Source: an uncultured Verrucomicrobiae bacterium | GTDB taxonomy: Bacteria > Verrucomicrobiota > Verrucomicrobiia > Limisphaerales > JAFGQR01 | Assembly: GCA_963788655.1 (NCBI GenBank) | Contig: CAWBHS010000089.1 | Coordinates: 43,059 to 107,058 of the forward strand | DNA length: 64,000 bases | Reading direction: 5' to 3' | Shown here: positions 1-9,600 of the stretch, piece by piece | Layout: each line of letters opens with the position of its first letter | Numbering within the stretch: the stretch's first letter is position 1 | Position numbers and translations under genes: made by a program | The notes under the pieces: generated by a model | Database searches by the model: none | Seen by the model: the letters and a program-made list of their open reading frames with translations, nothing else | What the model was told of the DNA's origin: nothing

Positions 1-678
1 AACGAATTGCGCCGCCGGTGGACCGACGAGAAAATCACCAAAAAGAAATTCTCGTGCTCGACGTTCATGATGTATCTCGGGATCGAAGGCCGCTACGAAT
101 TGCCCCATCATTCGATCTTCATATCCAAGGATTATGCCCGCAACCTGGACGAAATTGAGAACCAGCACGTGCTGTCATCTGATCCGTCCTTCTACGTGCA
201 AAATGCGAGCGTGACCGATTCCACGCTGGCGCCCCGGAACCACAGCGCGCTGTATTTGCTCGCTCCCGTGACTCACCAACATCCCCACGTGGACTGGTCC
301 CGCGAACGTGAACGCTTTCGCGGAGTGCTGCTCGAAAAAATCGCCCAAGCCGGTTTTACGGACGTTGAAGCCCGCATCCGCTACGAACGGATCATTACCC
401 CCGCCGATTGGGACCAGCGTTACGAAATTTATCGAGGCGCCACGTTCAACCTGGCGCACTCACTGGACCAGATGCTGCACCTTCGACCGCGCAATCGGTT
501 CGAGGATCTCGACGGAGTTTATCTCGTTGGCGGCGGCACCCACCCGGGGAGTGGATTGCCGGTGATTTTTGAATCCGCTCGCATTACCAGCCGGCTTTTG
601 CTGGACGATTTGGGCGTCACGCCGACCGTGGCTCCCGTCCGGCTGGAAGCCCAGTCCACCACTCTCCAACCAGCCTGA
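1..678 (+). CDS. crtN: Phytoene/diapophytoene desaturase (CrtI/CrtN family), 5'-truncated by window edge
   Basis: SCSTFMMYLG, DPSFYVQN, GATFNLAH, LYLVGGGTHPGSGLP motifs; first gene of carotenoid cluster. Confidence 0.8.
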   Translation, partial: NELRRRWTDEKITKKKFSCSTFMMYLGIEGRYELPHHSIFISKDYARNLDEIENQHVLSSDPSFYVQNASVTDSTLAPRNHSALYLLAPVTHQHPHVDWSRERERFRGVLLEKIAQAGFTDVEARIRYERIITPADWDQRYEIYRGATFNLAHSLDQMLHLRPRNRFEDLDGVYLVGGGTHPGSGLPVIFESARITSRLLLDDLGVTPTVAPVRLEAQSTTLQPA

Positions 679-2198
679 TGAGTAAAGTGCATTCCATTGG
701 CTCCAATCCACTCGAAGCTCAGGCGTTAGCTTCGCGTGCGATGGATTTGGAGGCGCGCGTGAAAACCGCGACTCGTGATGCCCGTCTTGCTCAAGTTCAA
801 TGGGCAGATACTTCTTTGAAACAGCGCCTCAAATTGCTTCGGCGGTTGCGTCATTTGCTGGTGGAACGTGCGAGCGAATTGGCGGCGGTGATCGGTGGTC
901 CGCGCCACCGTCCGCTGGCAGAGACCCTCACCGCGGAAGTCATTCCCTTGGTGGAAGCCTGTCGGTTTTTGGAGCGTGAAGCGGCAGCCATCCTGGCGCC
1001 TCGTCGAATTGGCCAACGTCATCGTCCGCTGTGGTTGACCGGAGTTTGGTCCGAGGTTCAGCGGGAAGCCTTGGGCGTGCTGCTCAAGGTGGCACCGTTC
1101 AATTATCCGCTTTTCATTCCCGGCGTTGTGACCTTGCAGGCTCTCGCTGCCGGCAATGCCATCCTGATCAAACCGGGGCATCAGGGCATGGCGGCAGCGA
1201 ATGCATTGGCGCAACTCGTGAACGCCGCGGGAATCGATGGTCGATTGTGCCGCGTGCTGCCCGAACACCCGGACTCGGTGCGTTGCGCGGTCGAAGCCGG
1301 CGTGGCCAAAGTGTTTGTTACGGGCTCGGCTGCCACCGGCCGGGCGATTCAAGCAATGCTCGCCGAACATGTCGTGCCTTCCACTTTGGAACTTTCGGGC
1401 TGTGATTCCGTCCTCGTGCGCCGCGACGCCAATCTCGACCTGGTGGCGCAAGGTTTGGCTTTTGGCCTGCGACTGAATGCGGGCGCCACCTGTGTGGCCC
1501 CGCGACGCGTTTTCGTGCATACCTCGCGGGCCACGGAACTGGAAGGGCGGCTCGCTCAATTGCTCGCGGACGAAGCTCCGATTCCAATTCCTTGTCCGAT
1601 GGCCCAGCGGCTCGTTTCCCTGTTGCGGGCGGCCTTGGCCGAAGGCGCTCATCTCGTGAGCGGGACGATTGGCGACGACGGTTCGGCGATCGGTCCGCAG
1701 GTTCTGGCGGGCGCCCAACCCGGGATGCAACTTCTCCGGGAGGATGTGTTGGCTCCGGTGCTGGCATTGGTATCGACCACCAATGATACCGAGGCGGTGG
1801 CGATGGCTAATGACTGTCCGTATGCCTTGGGAGCTACAATTTTCAGTGAGGACAAAAGATCTGCCGCCGAGTTGGCGGGGCAAATGCACGCGGGCGTGGT
1901 GGTGGTGAACGATGTGATCGTGCCCACGGCCGATCCTCGAGTGCCCTTTGGGGGACGTAAGCATAGTGGCTTTGGCGTGACCCGCGGCGCCGAAGGGCTT
2001 TTGGAAATGACGACGCCCAAAGTCATCACGATCCGGCGCGGTTCCTGGCGGCCGCACTTTGCGAAACCGGCTCCGGGCGATGAAGTTGTCTTTGCTGATT
2101 ATCTCACCTTGGCTCACGGCGGTAGTCCCCGGAAACGGGTGCGCGCACTTCTCAACTTATTGCGGCGCCTTAGCAACAAAAACCACAGAACTTCCTGA
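678..2198 (+). CDS. aldH: Aldehyde dehydrogenase, probable 4,4'-diapocarotenoid aldehyde oxidase
   Basis: PFNYP, catalytic LELSG (Glu) and NAGATC (Cys), PFGGRKHSGFG; overlaps crtN stop. Confidence 0.8.
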   Translation: MSKVHSIGSNPLEAQALASRAMDLEARVKTATRDARLAQVQWADTSLKQRLKLLRRLRHLLVERASELAAVIGGPRHRPLAETLTAEVIPLVEACRFLEREAAAILAPRRIGQRHRPLWLTGVWSEVQREALGVLLKVAPFNYPLFIPGVVTLQALAAGNAILIKPGHQGMAAANALAQLVNAAGIDGRLCRVLPEHPDSVRCAVEAGVAKVFVTGSAATGRAIQAMLAEHVVPSTLELSGCDSVLVRRDANLDLVAQGLAFGLRLNAGATCVAPRRVFVHTSRATELEGRLAQLLADEAPIPIPCPMAQRLVSLLRAALAEGAHLVSGTIGDDGSAIGPQVLAGAQPGMQLLREDVLAPVLALVSTTNDTEAVAMANDCPYALGATIFSEDKRSAAELAGQMHAGVVVVNDVIVPTADPRVPFGGRKHSGFGVTRGAEGLLEMTTPKVITIRRGSWRPHFAKPAPGDEVVFADYLTLAHGGSPRKRVRALLNLLRRLSNKNHRTS

Positions 2199-2213
2199 AC
2201 GAAAAACAACATT

Positions 2214-3782
2214 ATGACGGCAGAACTTTCACAAAAGATCGGGGTCATCGGCGGTGGGCTCGGCGGATTAGCGGCCGCCTGCACTTTGGCGGCCCGGGGT
2301 CACGAAGTGGTCCTGTTTGAAATGAATTCCTGGCTCGGCGGCAAAGCCGCTTTGTGGGAAGCGGACGGATTCCGCTTCGACATGGGACCGACCATTCTAA
2401 CGCTACCGTCAGTGTTGCGACGCATTTTTGCGGAAGCCAACGAATCCATGCGCGACTACCTCGAACTGATTCCGCTTGATCCGCAGTGGCGCAGCTTTTT
2501 CGAGGACGGCTCCACCCTGGACCTGGTGGCGGACGTTCGCGAGATGGGTACCGCGCTCGATGCATTTTCGCCGGGCAAATCCTTAAGTGCCCGTTACACC
2601 CGGTTCATGGCGCTGGCCAAAAAACTGCACGACCTCTCGAATCGCTATTTCTTCTATCGTTCGATTGGTGGCCTGCGGGACATGTACAACGCCCGGGCCA
2701 CGTTTCGGGCCGGCACGTTGCGGGATGTGTTGACCATGCGCATGGGCGGCACGGTTGCCGGCACGATCCGTTCCTTCATTCCCGACGCCCGCGTCGCGCA
2801 GATGCTCGATCATTTTACCCAGTACGTTGGTTCTGCTCCGGACGCTTCGCCGGCGGTTCTCTGTGGCATTGCCGATATGCAGACGGCGGAAGGCGTTTGG
2901 TATCCGCGGGGCGGCACTCGGGCTGTGCCCGACGCGCTTGGCAAACTGGCGGTCAACCTCGGTGTGCATATCCGCACCCGGACGCCCATCGCGCGCATTC
3001 TAACCGCCAATGGGCGGGTGAGCGGAGTGGAAACGGCCAACGGAGAAACCATTCCACTTGCGGCGGTGGTTTCGAATAGCGACTCGGTGCGCACCCATCG
3101 CGAACTGCTGACGGGAGACGTTGCGCAGCGTTTCCTCAACCGTCGTCCGTACGAACCCGCCTGTTCCGGGGTGGTGTTGTACTTGGGATTGAACCGTCGG
3201 TATGAACAATTGCGGCACCACAATTTTGTGTTCTCCCAATCGCCGGAGGAAGAGTTTGATTACATCTATCGCCGCGGCGAACCGGCGCCCGATCCCACCT
3301 GTTATGTGTGCGCGCCGGCGCAGACCGAACCCGAGGTGGCGCCGCCCGGAGGCGAAGCTTTGTATGTGCTGGTCCACACCCCGTATTTGCGGCCGCACCA
3401 CGAATGGCCGCGAATGCTGCCGGCCTACCGCCGCACCATTTTGGAAAAACTTAAACGGACCGCCGGTTTACGGGATATCGAGCAGCGCATCGTTACCGAA
3501 AAGGTGTTGACGCCGCAGGACATTCACGAGCGCTACCACGTGTTGAATGGCGCGATCTATGGCTTGGCGAGTCACGGGCGTTTCCTGGGCGCCTTCAAAC
3601 CGGCCAATCGCAGTCCCGATCTGCGGGGATTGTATCTGGCCGGCGGTTCGGCCCATCCCGGCCCCGGCATGCCGATGGTGATGATGTCGGGTTGGATCGC
3701 TGCCGACGCGTTGGATCAGGATGGGGTGGCCACGCCGTCACGACAATCGTCGCCCCGAACCACTGAAATGGTGGCTGCATAA
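2214..3782 (+). CDS. crtP: CrtP/CrtNb-like diapolycopene oxygenase (phytoene desaturase family)
   Basis: GGGLGGL FAD-binding motif, FRFDMGPTILT, HPGPGMPMVMMSG C-terminal motif. Confidence 0.8.
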   Translation: MTAELSQKIGVIGGGLGGLAAACTLAARGHEVVLFEMNSWLGGKAALWEADGFRFDMGPTILTLPSVLRRIFAEANESMRDYLELIPLDPQWRSFFEDGSTLDLVADVREMGTALDAFSPGKSLSARYTRFMALAKKLHDLSNRYFFYRSIGGLRDMYNARATFRAGTLRDVLTMRMGGTVAGTIRSFIPDARVAQMLDHFTQYVGSAPDASPAVLCGIADMQTAEGVWYPRGGTRAVPDALGKLAVNLGVHIRTRTPIARILTANGRVSGVETANGETIPLAAVVSNSDSVRTHRELLTGDVAQRFLNRRPYEPACSGVVLYLGLNRRYEQLRHHNFVFSQSPEEEFDYIYRRGEPAPDPTCYVCAPAQTEPEVAPPGGEALYVLVHTPYLRPHHEWPRMLPAYRRTILEKLKRTAGLRDIEQRIVTEKVLTPQDIHERYHVLNGAIYGLASHGRFLGAFKPANRSPDLRGLYLAGGSAHPGPGMPMVMMSGWIAADALDQDGVATPSRQSSPRTTEMVAA

Positions 3783-3793
3783 AATCTCTAGCG

Positions 3794-4681
3794 ATGCCCC
3801 CTTCGCAACTCCAGATCAATTCGGGCACAGCCGGAGCGTTGCGCGCGCGGCCACTGGTCCCATTTGCTACGACCAGGCCCATAGGACGTTCGAGCGCGAC
3901 CTTGGCTGTGCCTTCAGTTTCCCCCTGGTTATTCAAGGGCTTTGCCCTTTATGCCCGCGCTTACATCAAAAAGCATTTTCACGCGCTTCGGCTTTGTCGT
4001 GCGGGGCAACCGCCCGCGGAGGACGACGCGCCGCTGGTGGTGTATGCGAATCATGCCTCCTGGTGGGATCCGCTGGTGGGCCTGGTGCTCGGGCAAACGT
4101 TCTTTCCCCGGCGCAACCTGTTCGCCCCCATGGCGGCTGAGTCTCTGGAAAAGTATCGAATGTTGGCCCGGTTGGGCTTCTTCGGCGTTGAACAGAACTC
4201 CGTCCGCGGGGCGGCCACGTTCCTGCGAACCAGTCTAAAGATTCTTCGCTGGCCGAGTGCGTCGCTCTGGATCACCCCGCAGGGCCAATTCGGCGATCCG
4301 CGCGACCGACCGATCCGCTTCAAGCCGGGGCTTGGACAACTGGCGCAGCGGGTGAATCGCGCGCTCTTCGTCCCGTTGGCCATCGAGTATCCCTTTTGGG
4401 AAGAGCGCACTCCCGAAGTCTTGGCTGCTTTTGGCGAACCGGTGCTCGTCGAAGCCTCCCATATCCGACGCGCGGATGCCAAATACTGGACCGCGCTCTT
4501 TGAGCAGAAATTATCAGCCACGCTGGATCGGCTGGCGCGGGCATCGCAACGCCGCATTCCGGAGGAATTTACGACGATACTGCGCGGACGAGCCGGGGTG
4601 GGCCTTCTTTACGATGGGTGGCGCAAGCTGCGCGCACGATTGCGCGGAGAAACATTCGCCAATGAACACGGCGCCAAATGA
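3794..4681 (+). CDS. Lysophospholipid acyltransferase-family protein, probable carotenoid glycoside acyltransferase
   Basis: NHASWWD (HxxxxD) motif, WITPQG, FKPGLG; inside crt operon; true start may lie downstream. Confidence 0.75.
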   Translation: MPPSQLQINSGTAGALRARPLVPFATTRPIGRSSATLAVPSVSPWLFKGFALYARAYIKKHFHALRLCRAGQPPAEDDAPLVVYANHASWWDPLVGLVLGQTFFPRRNLFAPMAAESLEKYRMLARLGFFGVEQNSVRGAATFLRTSLKILRWPSASLWITPQGQFGDPRDRPIRFKPGLGQLAQRVNRALFVPLAIEYPFWEERTPEVLAAFGEPVLVEASHIRRADAKYWTALFEQKLSATLDRLARASQRRIPEEFTTILRGRAGVGLLYDGWRKLRARLRGETFANEHGAK

Positions 4682-5916
4682 ATCTCAACACGCTCTCTTT
4701 GATTGCCCTGGTTTTGGCGGGGATTCCCTGCCTGCTGTTCCTCGTGAATCTGCTGGCCTATCGCCAACCGGCCGGCGGCGTTGGAGTATTGCTGCCAAAC
4801 GCGATTTTGAAACCGCGCTTTCATGTATCCGAAACCAGCGCGCCGGTCATCGTGCCGCAATCCATTTCCGTGCTCATTCCCGCGCGCAATGAAGAAACGA
4901 ATATTCGCGCCACGCTGGCGGCGGTGCTTGCCAATCGCGGCGTCGAGTTCGAGGTCATCGTGATGGATGATCATTCGACCGATCTAACCGCGTCAATTGT
5001 CGCTGAGATTGCCGCGCGCGATGAGCGGGTGTTGCTCGTTCCGGCTCCGGAGTTGCCCGCTGGCTGGTGCGGCAAACCGCACGCCTGCTGGCAATTGGCG
5101 AAACATGCGCGGCACGGTCTATTCCTGTTTATCGACGCTGATGTGCGCCTGGCTCCCGATGCCCTGGCACGCATGAGTTCGTTCATGAATACTGGCCGGG
5201 CCGACCTGGTCAGCGGCGTGCCGCGCCAGGAACTGGGAACATTTTCTGAACGCTTGCTGCTGCCTCTGATTCACTTTCTTTTGCTCGGGTACCTGCCGAT
5301 GCATTTCATGCGCTGGTCCAAATCCACCGGCTTCGGGACCGGCTGTGGCCAACTCTTCCTGGCCCGGGCCGAAGCCTATCGCCACTGTGGAGGTCACTCG
5401 ACGGTGCGCGGGACGTTGCACGACGGGTTAAAGTTGCCGAAGGCGTTTCGTCGCGCCGGTTTTCGCACCGACTTGTTCGATGCCACTCCTCTGGCCGGCT
5501 GCCGGATGTATCGCCGCAATGCCGAGGTCTGGCAAGGTTTGGCCAAGAACGCCACCGAAGGGCTGGCCGCACCAGCGACAATTGCTCCGATGACCTTACT
5601 GCTGCTGGGAGGACAAGTGTTGCCGTTTTCATTGCTGGGGATGGCGCCGTTTCTATCACCGGTAGCGTTGCTCATGGCGGTCACGGCGGCCCTGAGTTCG
5701 CTGTTGCCTCGTCTGATCGCCGTGCCGAAATTCAAACAACCCATTGGCAGCGCACTGCTGCATCCCTTCGCCATTCTGGCCTTGCTGATCATTCAGTGGA
5801 CCGCCTTCATCCGCTGGCTGGCCGGGAAACCGGCCACTTGGAAGGGGCGCGATTACTGTCCCTCGTTGCCGGTTGTTCACCTGACAAAGTCCATTCCGAA
5901 ACCACGAAAAGCCTGA
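4678..5916 (+). CDS. crtQ: GT2 glycosyltransferase, CrtQ-like
   Basis: SVLIPARNEE, DDHSTD, GWCGKPHAC, FIDADV; C-terminal TM helices; ATGA overlap with upstream gene. Confidence 0.75.
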   Translation: MNLNTLSLIALVLAGIPCLLFLVNLLAYRQPAGGVGVLLPNAILKPRFHVSETSAPVIVPQSISVLIPARNEETNIRATLAAVLANRGVEFEVIVMDDHSTDLTASIVAEIAARDERVLLVPAPELPAGWCGKPHACWQLAKHARHGLFLFIDADVRLAPDALARMSSFMNTGRADLVSGVPRQELGTFSERLLLPLIHFLLLGYLPMHFMRWSKSTGFGTGCGQLFLARAEAYRHCGGHSTVRGTLHDGLKLPKAFRRAGFRTDLFDATPLAGCRMYRRNAEVWQGLAKNATEGLAAPATIAPMTLLLLGGQVLPFSLLGMAPFLSPVALLMAVTAALSSLLPRLIAVPKFKQPIGSALLHPFAILALLIIQWTAFIRWLAGKPATWKGRDYCPSLPVVHLTKSIPKPRKA

Positions 5917-5930
5917 TTACACCTTGTTCC

Positions 5931-6500
5931 ATGAATTACCTTTTACGCTTGCTAAAACTTCGTTCAGCTTCGATGACTGGGATGTGCTTACTGCACTTTC
6001 TCGGATGCGCAGCCTTTGCCGGCCAAGCCAAACCACCTCCGGCCGACACGACGGCGGCGCACCCGACCAAAGTCGCTCCGTTCGCCCTGGCTGACCAATA
6101 CGATCATGTTCACCGGTTCACGCTGCCACTGGCGAAAATTACCGTGCTGACGGTGGCCGACAAGAAGGGTTCCCGTCACATCGAAGAGTGGGTGCATCCG
6201 CTCAAGCAGCGCTACAACCTGCGAATTGACATTGTGGGCGTGGCCGACCTCCGAGGAGTGCCGGGCCTGTTTCATGGCCGGGTGGTGAAGTCGTTCAAGC
6301 AGAGCCAGCGCTACCCAGTGATGTTGGATTGGAAGGGGGAAGTCGCCGAACAACTCGATTGTGCCAAAGGTCAGGCGAATGTCTTCGTGCTGGATCGTCA
6401 GGGACGCATCGTAGCCCGAAGGGCTGGCCCCGCAACTCCAGACTCGCTGAAGGAACTTTTCAGCGCCATTGACCGATCAGTGGTTCCGGAGACCCCATGA
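5931..6500 (+). CDS. Exported thioredoxin-fold protein lacking CxxC (YtfJ/ATP10-like)
   Basis: Signal-like N-terminus, FALADQY, PVMLDWKG, VFVLDRQGRIV. Confidence 0.55.
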   Translation: MNYLLRLLKLRSASMTGMCLLHFLGCAAFAGQAKPPPADTTAAHPTKVAPFALADQYDHVHRFTLPLAKITVLTVADKKGSRHIEEWVHPLKQRYNLRIDIVGVADLRGVPGLFHGRVVKSFKQSQRYPVMLDWKGEVAEQLDCAKGQANVFVLDRQGRIVARRAGPATPDSLKELFSAIDRSVVPETP

Positions 6501-6516
6501 AGCTGATTTCGTCCAC

Positions 6517-6545
6517 GTAGCGCAAGCAAGGGAGCCCTGCGCTAC
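6517..6545. repeat. Single GTAG...CTAC REP-like hairpin
   Basis: gtagcgca-N13-tgcgctac just after the stop codon. Confidence 0.45.
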
Positions 6546-6665
6546 CAACACAATCAAGACGCACGGCTCGGGGCTGTAGCTCCAAAAAAATGCGGGACAT
6601 TCGGGGTAATTTATGATACGCATTACCTCGTAACCCGTTTTATTGGCGAAAGTGAAGTTCAATCT

Positions 6666-9600
6666 ATGAAACGTCGTATCATTTCCTCCCTGGTGATTCT
6701 CTTCCTATGTAGCCCCGCTGTGCTTCCGTTGTTCGCGGCGGATACTATCGTCATTTCGGAATTCATGGCCAATAACAATGGGATCCTTGCGGACGAGGAC
6801 GGCGACTTTTCGGATTGGATTGAACTCCATAATCCCACGGCCACGGTCGTCGAGCTGGAAGGCTATTACCTGAGCGATGATCCGGGCCTGCTGACCAAGT
6901 GGGCCTTCCCGGCGGTCAGCCTGTCGCCGGACGGCTATTTGGTGGTGTTCGCATCCGGCAAGAACCGCTCCAATCCGGGCGGCCAGTTGCACACGAGTTT
7001 TCAATTGAATACTGATGGCGAGTTTCTGGCGCTGGTGTTGCCGGATGGGCACACGCTGGCCAGCGTGTTCAATCCGGAGTATCCACCACAACGCGAGGAC
7101 GTGGCCTACGGCGTGGCCCAACAACCCGTGTCCATCGCACTTATCGCCAGCTCGGTGCCGCAGATTCTGGTGCCGGCCAATGCCGGCGAATTACCGGCGA
7201 ATTGGAGCGCGGTCGATTTCCAACCCGACGGCAATTGGATTAATGGCAGCGCCCCGGCGGCTATTGGCTTCGATACCGATCAACCAACGGCCACGCCCGT
7301 AAACGTCGCTCCCGGTGGCACAGCCGTGCAAAGCACCACCTCCGGCGGTAACACCGCCAACCTGGCCACCGATGGCAGCACGGCAAATTTCACCCACACC
7401 CTGTCCGCTGACACTTCGCCATTTTGGCAGGTTACACTGGCCAGTGAAACCGCCGTGTATCGTGTCGTATTGCGCAATCGCACGAGTTGCTGCCAGTCCC
7501 GGTTGCGCGATATCACCGTGCAAATTCTTTCGGCGGACGGCAACGCCACCAACTACAACTCTTCCCTGCTCAACGCGGAGAATGTGGGTTACACCTATCC
7601 GGCTGGCCCGGCTTCGATTGAAGTCGATTTGACCGCGCTGGCGGGCGGCCCGGTGTTGGGCCAGGTGATACGGGTGTTGCGCGCGCCGGACCCGGACCTT
7701 TCCGGCAGTGGTGGCCAGGGCGGTGCTGACGAAGTTGCCGTGTTGTCGTTGGCGGAAGTTGAGGTCCATGGCGTGCCCACGGCTACTGAAGTGAATCTGG
7801 CCCGCACCGGCAGTCCGGCGCCCACCGCGTCCCAATCGTCCACTTTGAGCACTTACACTCCGGACCTCGCCATCAATGGCAACCTCGGTGATTTCACGCA
7901 TACCGCCAGCGCGGACTCCAATCCCACTTGGACCCTCAATCTGGGGCGCCGCTCCGTGGTCAATTCCGTGACGATTCACAACCGTGATGACTGCTGCGGA
8001 TCGCGATTGCGCGACCTCACCGTGCAAATTCTCGACACCGACGGTTCGACCGCGGTTTATACTTCACCCTTGTTGAATCCGGAGAATGCCGGTTACAGTT
8101 TTCCGAACGGCCCAGACCATCTCGATGTTGTTCCTCCCGCGCCGGTGCTCGGCCAATACGTGCGCATCCGGCGGACCCCGGACCCCGATCTTTCCGGCAC
8201 TGGTGGCCAGGGTAATACTGACGAAGCCGGTGTCTTAGCCCTGGGCGAAGTGATCGTGCTGGGTTTGGATGTGAACGGCTATCGTCCGTTTATCCGCACC
8301 GACCTCGAGAACCAAATGCTCGGCAACAATGCTTCGGCGTTTGTGCGCCTACCCTTTACGGTGGATGATCCGTCGGTGCTGGATGAACTCACGTTGCGGT
8401 TGCGCTACGACGACGGATTTATTGCCTATCTTAATGGGGTGAAAATCGCCGAACGTAACGCGCCCGCCACGCCCGCCTGGAATTCGGCTGCCACCGTTGA
8501 TCGCGACCTCGCCAGCGGCATCCTACCGGAAACGATTTCGTTGACTGACTACCTGCCGCAACTAATGGCCGGCGTCAACGTGCTGGCAATTCAGGCGATG
8601 AACTCGAGCGTCAGTGACGGCAATTTTCTACTCCAACCGGAATTGACCGGCGCGCAGATTGAAGAGAGTCCGTATGCCTATCTGGTGGACGCCACACCCG
8701 GTACCCGCAACGAAACGGACTATTACTTTGGCGACGTGGCGGACACCCAGTTCAGCGTGGACCGCGGATTCTTCGATGCACCGTTTACATTGGAGATCAC
8801 TTCCGCGACGCCCGATGCACAGATCTATTATTCCTTGGACGGCAGTGAGCCCAGCGCCAGCCGGGGCCTGCTTTATACCGAACCGTTGACCATCACGAAC
8901 ACCACCATCGTCCGCGCCCGCGCGTTCAAGCCGGATCTCAAGCCAACAGATATTGACACGGAGACTTACATCTTTCTGGACGATGTCATTCACCAGGCGC
9001 CCACCGGGGCGGCTCCGCCCAATTTCCCCGCGTCATGGGGCCGGAACCGCGTCGATTACGGCATGGACCCAACCGTCGTGTCCAAATACTCCCTGGCCGA
9101 ATGGCACGAGGCACTGACGCAAATCCCGACCATGTCGATCGTCACCGAGGTGGAGAACCTTTTTGATCCGGTGACGGGCATCTACGCCAACGCGGATGGG
9201 CACGGCGAAGACTGGGAACGGCCCAGTTCGATTGAGTTGATCGATCCGCACGGCACCCCGCAAGGCCAGTTCCAGGAGAACTGCGGGCTGCGCATTCGGG
9301 GTGGCTACAGCCGCAACACCGACTTCGTGAAACATTCCCTGCGCGTCTTTTTCCGGCGCGATTACGGAGCGGCCAAACTGCACTACCCACTCTTCGAAAA
9401 CGAGGGCGCCGACACCTTTGACACGTTTGATTTGCGCACCAGCCAAAATTACGCCTGGCCGCGGGAAACCAGCTTGAGCAACGGTCAAAACGATACGCTG
9501 GTCCGCGAAGTGTTTTGCCGCGAAACCCTGGGCAAGATGGGCCAACCCTACCGTCGCTCACGCTACTATCACCTTTATCTGAATGGACAGTATTGGGGTA

